Virus record (IMG/VR): IMGVR_UViG_3300012953_004365
Span: 1 to 24,220 of that record
Reading direction: 5' to 3' (one strand)
Length of the DNA stretch: 24,220 bases
Source: a virus
Lineage: Duplodnaviria; Caudoviricetes
The number at the start of each line of letters is the position of its first letter. Position 1 is the first letter of the stretch. A program made the translations under genes and the position numbers. Positions 1 to 12,000 of this stretch are shown here, piece after piece. The notes beneath the pieces are model-generated. The model was not told the origin of the DNA and ran no database searches. It saw only the letters and a program-made list of their open reading frames with translations.

Positions 1-3000
1 AACTTAAATAAGTTTGATTATATTGATTACACTGGTATTGGTATTAAAGTTGATAAAAATGCTGATGCTGCAAGGATCGGTACTTATACAGAGAGAACTA
101 ATACTAAGTTAGGATTTGTTAGAGCAGATGAAATAGGAACTACTATTACTCCTGTAACAATGACTGTTGTGACTACAGGATTTACTCTAGCAGATGCTGG
201 ATTCCAAGGTCTCGACTTTGATGATGCTACTATAACGATGTCTCAAGATACTGAGACATTAACTTATACTCAGGATATTTGGAGTTCTAGAACTGCTACT
301 GTTCCTTCACCAGGTTCTCAGAAACTATCTGTTTCTGCTATTGTTAGAGATAAGTATTACTTCAAAGTAACTAATACTGTAAAAATTGATAACGTTCAAG
401 AATTAACCTTAAATCAGGCGTTTAATTTCACTACAGGAACAAAATTAAGACTTAATGATAATGCTGGTGCTTTCGTTAACAGTGGATACATTATCAGACA
501 GGATACAGTTAATAATAAGATATATCTTGCAATTAATAATAATGCTTGGTCTAATGATTTAAACACAGGTAATTTAATTACAGAACAGTTTAGTGAGCAA
601 AGCACTTATGGAATTGTCGGACCTATTCCTGCTGATATTAATGAGATAACAGGATATACATTTGCAATGGTTAATAATACCACTCCTGGTACTTTTGATA
701 TAGATTTAGATGACTATAATTTAGATGGTACTGGTTATAATGCTGGTGGTGGACAAAATCTTGATAGTTTTGGTAAGTTCAAACCTTATTCAGATGATGA
801 CTATTCAATAAGAATTGACGAAGTTGCTGGTGGATCACCATATATTGTTGGTTCTGTTATTAATATTGTTAGTGGTAACATATCATATAACGCTGCATAT
901 TCAACTGCTCAAATTACTGGTCTAACAGGCGTTTTAAAGATTACTTTAGTTGCAAATCTAACAAAGATTATGCAAGCAACTGCAGTAAGTAATACTGATG
1001 AAGTTTATGTAATTACGTCAACAAATCATTACCTCTCTGCAGGTGAGATGATTTATGTTGATGGTAATCCAACAGAAAACAGTCTTGATGAGTATGATGG
1101 TGCATTTGCTATTGAGAGTGTTGTAAGTCCACTAGAATTTACATATAAACTAACTCAAGTAGCAACTACTTCACCTGCTACAACTGCTGGAAACGTTAAT
1201 ATATTTGTTAAGTCTCCTGTATTGAAGATGTATTATGGACACCAGTACATCTTTGACATGAGTCATAGTTCACTACTTGGTGGAAACTTATCATTCTCTA
1301 AAGATAATCTATTTAAACTAGAATATTCATTCAACTCAATTGAAAGAACTGGAACTCCTGGTGTAAGTGGAGAAGGTGTTCCTACTCCTATTGTTAAACT
1401 AAAAGTTGATGAAAGTATCGTAACTAATATCTCATACTACTTTGATCCTTCTAGAACAGGAACTGATTCACCAATTGATCCTAATAGTTACTTAGATGTT
1501 ACTGATTCTCCATATAAAGGCACATTCCAAATCAGTTCTACTGCTGGTCAAACAATTACTCGTGGTGCTGATGTAATCAAATTCCCACTTCTTAATGAAC
1601 CAGAAGCGGCTGCTGAAGTATCACAGACAACTTATAGTACTAGTTCTGTTAAGGCAGTTGGATCTATCTCTGATGTTCGTATTGTTAACTCTGGTGGTTT
1701 CTATACTAGACTACCAATTGTTAGTAGTATTACTTCTACAAGACAGATTGAAAGAGTTTCTATTGAGAATCCAGGAACTGAATATGCTGTTGGTGTTTAC
1801 AACGCTGTTCCTATTGGAGGTAATGGTGAAGGTGGATTAGTTCAAATTACTGTTGCTGATGGATTAGACAGTGAAGGTGTAACTATACCTGGTCAAATTC
1901 AGGAAGTTTTAGTTACCTCTGCTGGTAAGAATTATACAACTGCTTTAATTGATATTGAATCGATTCCTGGTATCCTTGGATCTGGTTTAGCTGGATCAGG
2001 TGCTGTTCTAACAGTTGTTATTCCTAATGCAGGTACTCAGGCATCTATCTTTACCAAAGCAGATAAAGTTGGTAAGATTAAGAAACTTAAGAACAATAAC
2101 TTTGGTTATGATTATCCTCATGACTATACACTACGCCCTGAGATTTCGTTCCCAATAAACGCACAGCTTACTTCTACAAGTATTCTCTCTAGTATTACTG
2201 TTACAAATCCAGGTTCTGGTTATTCACAAGCACCTACTGTTGTTATTACAGGTGGTGGTGGAAGTGGTGCAACTGCAGAAGCATCTATTAAGAATGGTAG
2301 ACTAGATCAAATTATTGTGAAGGATCCAGGTGCTGGTTATTCTTCTACACCAACTGTTTCACTTAAGTCTTCATTCAACTATGTTGTTAACCTTGACTTA
2401 GGTCTTTTACAGTTTGCTTTCCCACATGGTATTACAAACGGTGCTGCTATAACTTTAAATGTAGTTGATACAGGAGATGGTGCTGATTTCCCACTTGCTG
2501 CAGGTGCTGTTGGTCGTTTAAATGGAACTACAACTTATTTTGCGATTGCTGGTGCTGCAAACTCACTTGAAAATGATCAATTAAAAATTGCTCTTACTGC
2601 TGCTAACGCAGAACTTGGTGATGCACTTTCATATGTTAACGCTGGCGAAGGTCGTCAACAAGTACTAACTGAGTCATTCGGTGGTAATGCAACTGCTAAT
2701 GTTATCACTTCTACCTTCTTAGAAGGAGAACTTGTTTATCAAGGTGACTCACTTGCGACTGCAACCGCACAAGGTTATGTATCTACTAACCAAGGTTGGC
2801 AGATTGGACCTAGAATTCTTAAGATCGTTGATTACACTGGAACGTTTGCAGAAACAGAAAAAGTTACTGGTGTTATTTCTAAGTCTTCAGGTACTATTAG
2901 TGATTTAAATATTGCTCGTGGTGTTCTTGAAATTGGTTCTATTACTAAAACCACTGGTCAATTCATTGATGACGTTGGTAAACCATCTGAGATTATTCAG

Positions 3001-6000
3001 AAGATCCAAGATAGTTACTATTATCAGGACTTCTCTTATGCTATTAAGTCTGCTGTTTCTATTAGTGAGTGGAAAGAGATTCTTATTAAGAACGTTCACC
3101 CTGCATCATTTAAAGTATTCGGTGAGTTAAATCTATCTGATTACGGATTTATTCCAAACAAAGCAACTGATTTCCAACTTACTAAGTCTGTTGAACTTGC
3201 TAGAGAAGCAATCGTTCCTAACATTCAAAGTTTTGCTTTAGTTGAACCAGTTTACTCTGAGTTTAATAATACTGAGGTTCTATTCCGTCAAAAGAGACTA
3301 ACATCTTCTGAGAATATTCTAACCTCTGTTGTACAAAGAATTGATGATATTTCTAGTCAGTTTGATGGTGAGAAGATAGCATTCCCTCTAACAGTTGATG
3401 GTAACACTGTTGTTGCTAACGCAAACCAGTTAATGATTGTATTGAATGGTATTGTTCAGAACCCAGGATCTGCATTTGAAATTCAAGGTGATTCTATCGT
3501 CTTTAGTGAACCACCACAACCACCTGCAAGTGTTAAGTATGTTAATGTTCAAATATCACAGATTGCAATTGTAAGTAATACATTTACTAACCAAAGTGGT
3601 ATTTTCCCAAGTCCAGGTAATATTTTAACTGGAACTAACTCTGGTGCTAAAATAACAGTAACTTCTGTTGTTGGTGATACTATATTTGGTTTCATTACAG
3701 AAGGAACATTTATTGCTGCAGAAAACGTAACTGTTAGTGCAACTGGATTTAGTGCTAACCTTGATGTTCAAAGTAGTATCAGTAACATTGGATTATTTGA
3801 ATATGGAGAGACAGTTAAGAACTTAACTAATGATACTGCTAAAGTTGAGCAAATTAACCTAGAAAGAGGTTTAGAAAATGCATTAGCAGAACTACGTTAT
3901 ACAGTTGGTCCTTCTACAACTGCAGTTGAGGTAGTTCCTTCAGGATCAACCACAGACGGTCCTGTTCCTGCTGGAACATTTGCAACCAGTACTAACTATC
4001 AACTTGGATCTGAGGTTGTTACTGTTACTAATATTGTTGATGGAAATGATTCAACAACTCTAACAGTTACCAGAGGTCAAAATGGAACTGTTGCTGTTTC
4101 ACATCAAGAAGAATTCCCAATCTACGGAACTGTAATTGCTGTAACAAGTGCTCTTACTTTAAGTAAAACTGCTGGAACATATAAGTCTACACCAGGTCTA
4201 TTTGATATACAATTAAATGATGTTATTATCGGTGCTAAGTCTGGTGTTGTTGCTCGTATTACACAGACAAGTGCATATCAAGATCCTACAACTCAAGAGT
4301 TTATAAGTCAGGTTAACATCTCTGAAGGTTCATCCTTCTTTGGATTGTTGATGAATAGAATTACTTCTCAGACTTATCCAAACGTTGTTATTGATAACAT
4401 TTCAGAATCTCAAGTTAGTATCGTTAAGTATACTGATAATACAACTGCTTTCAACTCTGAGTTCCCTGCTAATGAACAGATCAACAACATTATCGTACCT
4501 TATGATAATCTAGTTGGTGGTCCTATTCAGGAAAATGAAATTATTAGAAATTATAGGTTAGGATATGGTAGTAACAGTGGTGATTTCATTGCTGGTGAGA
4601 GTGCTAGATCAAGAAAACTTTCTTATGTAAATGCTAAAGGTGATGGATTCTTTGCTACTGGTCAAGTAATTAGAACTCAAGATACAAAAGCAGAAGTTCT
4701 TGGATTTAATCAGGCAGATCAAGTAATCTATCTTGGTAAGGTTGGTAGAACATTATCAACAGGTCAAGATGTACATATCGCCACATTCTCAAATCAGGCA
4801 CAACTTGATACTACAGTCAAATATTATGGAACTGCATCACTACAACTAGTTGCTGCAACTAACGATTATATTAATATACCTTCTTCTAGTGAATTTGCTT
4901 TCGGAACAGGTGCATTTACTATAGACTTGATGGTGCGTCCTGCTGCATCTTCTTTAAGTGGAACTGCTACTATACTTGATATGAGAGCATCTGCTGCAAA
5001 TGAAGTTGCTGGTAGACTATACTTAGAAGCAGGTCAAGTTCGTTGGAATGTTAATAATAGTGATTTAGTTACATCTGGTTCAACAGTTCTTAGTGCAGAT
5101 ACTTGGGTATTAATATCCATCATGAAATCTGGAACTACAACTAAGATTTTATTGAATGGAACTGAAGCAGGTACAGCAACAGATAACACAACATATGTTG
5201 CAAAACCAGTTAGACTTGGTTCTGATTATGCTGGTGCTAATAGTTTGACTGGATTCATTGATGAATTAAGGATTTCTAATACAAACCGTCATCAAACAAT
5301 TCCATTCACTCCTCAAAATGGTATTTGGCAGGGTGATGCTAATACATTAGTATTGATGCACTTTGATGGTGCTGATGCTCAAACATTTACTGAAGATTGG
5401 TCTGGTGCAGAAGGATTTACTGCTGGTGAAGACTTTAATAATGATGCTATATTAAATTCATCTCGTTCTTCTTCTAATACTCCTGGTGGATTTGTTGGAA
5501 GAACTCAAAGATATTATGATGCTGCTGATCTAATCATTCTTAATAAGGAATACCTTGCTCAAGAAGTTGTTTATATTCTAAAAGAAAGACATCCACATCA
5601 TACCGTTAAAGGTAGTGAAGTTGATTGTGAAGATGATGTTCGTGATGTATTAGATGCTATTGTTTCTGACCTTCGTAATGGAACAAATAATAAAATTTGG
5701 GATGCATCTTCATATTATGTTGATAGGGCAGTTAGTCCAATTGTATTAAAGTTTGTTTCTAATGAAGTTGATGAAGTAGTTTATACTTACGATAAACTTG
5801 AGGAATTACTTAAGTATATTGTTAATAACACTCTTTGGGATACTCAAGGTGATCATGGATTAGTACAGAAGACAGATAAGACTATTACTGAGTCTAGTGG
5901 TCTAGTAGCATCTACTTTCCAACCTACTGGTGCATCTTATGATGCTGCAAGTGGTTACATGGTATTGACTGCTTCTGCTCACGGTATGAGATCAGAAAGA

Positions 6001-9000
6001 GCAATTACTGCAACTGATGCTGATTATACAGCAACAACAGGTGTTCTACAGGTAACTGTTGCTACAACTACATTTAGTGTTTCTACTGCCACTTATGCCC
6101 ATACAACTGGTGTAATGGTAATAACAATTGGTGCTCATAGTTTGACAACCAATGACAATATTAGAATCGCTACTGGTGGAATCACATTTAGTTGTAATAA
6201 CGGTGGAGTAAGTAACGCTGCATATCCTCGTGCTGCTGGTGCTAATACAGAAAGTGGTGCTGACTATGCATACGACAGATGGCTTCCAATTCTTGCTGTA
6301 GGTGCAACAACTATTACTGTTAATGTTAACGGTGGAAAGGGTGCTATTAGTCATGCCTTTGCACACACTTATGTTTCATCAACTGCAGGTGCTATTACTG
6401 CTGGTCATGGTCTTAACATTGGAGATAGGATGAAGTTTGATCCTAATTCATTGGTAATGAATTGTACCTCTGATGGTAATACAGTTAATCAAAGTTATCC
6501 AAGACCTGATGATCCTGCTAACCAAGGTTGGTTAGAAGTTACAGCAAATACTGGAACTACATTTGATATAAATGTTGGAACATCACCTACTGTAAATTAT
6601 ACAGCAACTGCTGGATCTTATAATGCTGATACTGGTTTCTTAACCATGAATATTGGTCAGCACAATCTAAGAACTGGTCGTAAGTACACTGCAACTAATG
6701 CATCATACACTGCATCTTCAGGTGCAATGAAGATTACTATTGGAGATAGTATTGATGTTCATAGTGCTTCTTATGTTGCTAAAACAGGTTTATTAGATTT
6801 AAATATTGGTCATCATAACTTTAAGAAAGGTAGTTTAGTTCAGATTGCTCCTAACTCACTATTCTTCACATGTAGTATGGATGACCATCAGTCAGTTCAT
6901 GCATATCCAAGATCAACAGACCCTGTTTATCAAGATGATATTGAAGTTATTGATATAACCAATGATACAATTACTGTTGATGTAGGAACATCTCCAGAAG
7001 TTTCATACACACCTACTGGTGCAACTTATAACACCTCTACAGGTGACATGGTTCTTACCATTGGTGCTCATAGTTTAGCAGTTGGAACCGCAATAAAACT
7101 TTTAGATGAGTCTATATCATTCACTTGTAGTTTTGGTAGCGGTGGTACTACTGCATATCCAAGACCTCTAGTTGACACTGCAAATGTAAGCACTGCATCT
7201 TATAATGCTCAGACTGGAATATTCTCAGTAACAACATCTGCTGCACATAACTTAACTGGTCCTACTGCTAAGAATATTACCGATGCTTCTTATAATGCAT
7301 CTACAGGTGTTCTACAATTAACATCTGCAGGTCATGGATTTGCAATTGGTGATAAGATAAGAATTAAAGATGATGCCTTAACATTTACTTGCACTAAAGA
7401 TGGAAATGCAACAAACCATACATATCCAAGATCAACTGATCCTGTAAGTGGTCAATGGTTAACTATCGTTGCTAAAGCAACTGATACATTTGATCTACAA
7501 GTTGGTGCTTCTAAACTTGGTTTAAATGAATATACACATACATGGGCTGGTGGTACTGCAGCTAATGCTATTGAAAAAGCAAATGATGTAATCAAATTTG
7601 TTGATGATTCAATGACATTTACTTGTGCATTGGATGGTAACGCAACTAATCACACATATCCAAGATCAACTGATCCTGTAAGTGGTCAATGGTTGATTGT
7701 TGAAAACGTTGCTTCAACTACATTTGATGTTCAAGTTTTAGATAACGCTCCTTCTACTAATACATCTGCACATACATTTGTTTCAGCAACAACTGGTGCT
7801 GTTACAATTAAGAGAGACCCTGCTCACGATAGTTCTCTTACAATTACTGCTGTAGCTGCAACAACTATTACTGTTAACGTTACTCCTATTACATCATACT
7901 CTTCAACAACTCATACATTTGCATCTGCATCTCAAGGTGCTGTTGTAGTTGGTGGAGATTACACTCATAAATTTGTATCTGCTGCTTCTGGTGCTGTAGT
8001 TCCTAATCATGGATTCTATGTCGGTGACAGAATCATGTTCGAGGAAGGATCACTGGTCTTTACTTGTAATATGGACACACATAGTACAAGACATGCATAT
8101 CCAAGAGAAAGCGATCCATTCTACAATAAGTGGTTACCAATTAGTAATGTAACTACTAACACATTCGATGTAAACGTTGGTACAACTACAAATACATCAT
8201 TTACACCTACTGGAGGATCCTATGATGGAACCACAGGTAAATTAGGTATTACTATTGGTTCTCACACACTTGAAGTTGGTCAACATATTAAGATTGCTAC
8301 TGGTGGAATTTCATTCACTTGTGCAATGGATGGTGGTACTGCTGTTAAGGCATATCCACGTGCAACTGATCCAGCAAATGATTCGACTCTTGCAATTATA
8401 GAAAGAACTGATACTACTATTACAGTTGATGTTGGAGAATCACCTTATGTTTACTTTGATGTTTCTGCTGCTACCTACAACCCAACATCGGGTGTCATGG
8501 TACTTACAATTGGAGATCATGGATTAACTGCTAATACAAGTATTAGACTTAAAGATAATTCATTAACCTTTAGTTGTGATCAAGGTGGAACTGTTGGAAC
8601 TGGAACTTATCCTAGATCAAGTAATGACTATGTTTATCAGAAAGCAATCAATATTGATTCTGTAACTGATACCACAATCACAATTAATGTTAACGGTGGT
8701 CAGGGTGCTATTACTAACACCAATGCCCACACATTTGTAAGTGCTCTACCTGGTTCAGTTATTGCTGGTGGTGCTTGGGCTCATACTTATTCAACTGCTG
8801 CAACAAACGCAGTTTCAGTTGGTGGTAACTATGCTCACATATTCAAGTCTGCTTCTCCTAATGGTATAGTAAGGTCTGGTGAAACAATTAGAATTGCTAA
8901 GGATGGTATATCCTTCAAGTGTTCACAAGATGGATATCAAACAATTCATTCTTATCCTAGAACTGATGATCCTGGATATAATACATCACTTCCAATCTAT

Positions 9001-12000
9001 AATAACGGAACTACTTCTACAGCATCAAATGCATCATATAATGCATCGACTGGAGAAATGGTTATTACTGTTAACAGTCATGGATTTACAACTAGCGATC
9101 AAATCAGAATTGAGAATGAATCTCTAACATTTACTTGCACTAAAGATAGTAATACAACAATTCATTCTTATCCTAGAGAAAATGATCCATTCGTTCGTAG
9201 ATGGTTAAGAATTACTGCTGTTACTGACAATACATTTACAGTTAATGTAGGAAGAGCTGCAGATTCAACTCAACAGTACGCACATACATTTGCTTCTGCT
9301 ACTAAGGATGGTATTGTTAAGCGTGATGACACAGTTACAGTTAATGTCGGTGCTACACCAACTAAGAGTTTCACACCTACTGCGTCAACTTATAATCCTT
9401 CAACTGGTGCTCTAGCATTAACAATTGGAACTCATAGTTTACCTGCTCCAACACTTCATACACCAACAGACGTTGCTTATAATCCTACTACAGGTATTAT
9501 GACTTTGACCATTTCAGGTCACAACTTCTCTAATGGTGAGAAAATTAAGATTGCTGATAATGGATTAAAACTAAGTTGTCCTTATAATGGTGCTTCAGGT
9601 ACTGCTGCACAAAAAGATTATCCTCGTTCAACAGACCCAGTTAGCGGTAAGTGGATTCCAATTTCTAACGTAACTACTAACACATTTGATGTTAAAGTTC
9701 TAGACATAATTCCTTCTACTAATACTGATACTCATACATTCGTATCTGCTGTTACTAACTGTGTAAGTAAAGCAAATTCAACAGTTAAGATTGCTGAAGA
9801 TTCATTAATCTACAAGTGTGCTGAAGATTCTAATGCTACTGAGCATTCATATCCAAGAGGAGATGTTTCTAGAAATACTGCACAACCTGGTACTTTCTAC
9901 AACCCTGTTACAGGTGTTCTAAAACTTAGTGTTCCTACAGAAAGTCATACACCATCTACAGCAACATATAACCCAACATCAGGTGAGATGGTTCTAACTC
10001 TAGATGCACAATCTGGAGCGTTCAATGTTTCTAATGCTACCTACAACACCTCTACAGGTGATATGGAACTTACAATAGGAACTCATACTTTAACTACTAA
10101 TGATAGAATTAAGATTAAGGAAGGATCATTAAAGTTTGCATGTAACTTTGGTAATGATAATTATCAAACTCCAAAAGCATATCCAAGAGCTTCAGGTGCT
10201 AATACCACTAACGGTGCTGACTATGCATTCAACACATTCTTAGACATATCTGCTGTAACTGGTACAACTATTACAGTTAACGTTAATGGTGGACAAGGTT
10301 CTATCAGTAATAATAATCAGCATAACTTCATATCTGCTGATGCTGGTGCAGTTGTTGTTGGTCATGGATTAGTTGTTGGTGACAGAATTAAGATTGCTGA
10401 CGAAGGATTAACCTTTAGTTGTGATCAAGGTGGAACTGTTGGAAACGGATCATATCCAAGATCAACTAATGACTACGTTTATCGTAAGTGGATTAGAATT
10501 AGAGCAGTAACTGGAAATACTATTACTGTAAATGTTAATGGTGGACAAGGTGCTACTACTAACACTAATGCTCATACATTTGTATCTGCTGTTGCTAATG
10601 CTATAACATCTGGTCATGGAATGACCAATGGCACTCCAATTAAACTTGCTGACGAATCCTTAACATTTGCTTGCACTGAAGGTACTGGTTCATATGCATA
10701 TCCAAGATCAACTGACCCTGTTTCTAAGAGATGGTTGTTCATTCAGAATGTAACTGATTCTTCCTTCGATGTTAATGTTCTAGATTCACTTCCTTCAACC
10801 AATGTAACCACACATACATGGATTAGTGCTGTTGCTGATGGTATCATTGAAGGTGATCCTATTGTTGGACAAGCAGTTCCTGTTGAGGCAGTAACTTCTA
10901 CAACTATTACAGTTAATCCTCTAGACGGTGATGTTCCAACTAATACTTCTGCTCATACATTTGAGAAATTAAATACATATCAATTCCAACCAACTGCTGT
11001 TACTTACACACCAACAACAGGTGTAATGTCTCTGACTTCTACAAGTCATAAGATTAAGGAAAATGATAAGATATTCATTAAAGAAAATTCATTATCATTC
11101 AAGTGTAACATGGGTGATGATGCTGGACTTCATACTTATCCTCGTGAGACTGATCCAGTTGCTAATAAGTGGATCACTGCTACTAACGTAACTGCAAATA
11201 CATTTGATGTTAATGTTGGAACTACACCTAATGTATTCTATACTCCATCTGATGCTGAATATAATCCTACTACAGGTATTATGTCACTTACGATTGGTAA
11301 GCACGATCTAAGACCTGGTACTAGTATTAAGTTAGGTCAAGAATCATTAACATTTAAGTGTGCTAATGACTCTTATGCAACTAACCATTCATATCCAAGA
11401 AATACAATTTTAAGTCACACACCAACTGATGCTGATTATCATCCTGATACAGGTATCATGACATTGACTGTTAACGGTCATAACATGGGTGATGGTGATT
11501 GGGTTAAGATTGCTGATGGTGCTGTAACATTTAAATGCACATATGGTGCTGGTGTTCATACATGGACTGGTGGTACTGCATCTAATGCTGTTCAAGTTCA
11601 AGAAGCAGGTTTAGGAAACTTTGATGTTACTAACGCAGACTATAATGCCTTAACAGGTGATATGGTATTGACAGTTGGATCTCATTCAATTACAACTGGT
11701 AACACAGTTAAGATAGTTGCTAACTCATTAACATTCAGTTGTGATCTAGATGCTAATGCAACGAACCACACTTATCCTCGTGCAACTGACCCTGCATACG
11801 ATACTGCTCTTGCAATATCTGCTGTAACTGGTACAACTATTACAGTTAACGTTGGTGTAAGTTCACCTGGAACTGCATATCCTCGTGCTTCTGATCCTGT
11901 TAGTGGTAAGTGGATTAAGGTATTCAATACAACTACAAACACATTTGATGTTCAACTTCTAGACATCGTTCCTTCAACTAACACAAGTATTCATACATTC

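Noticed and set aside
160-162. ATG at 160 as the start of the giant gene
   Set aside because: The frame is open from base 1 with the same codon style and no clear ribosome-binding site precedes 160; the gene is 5'-truncated.
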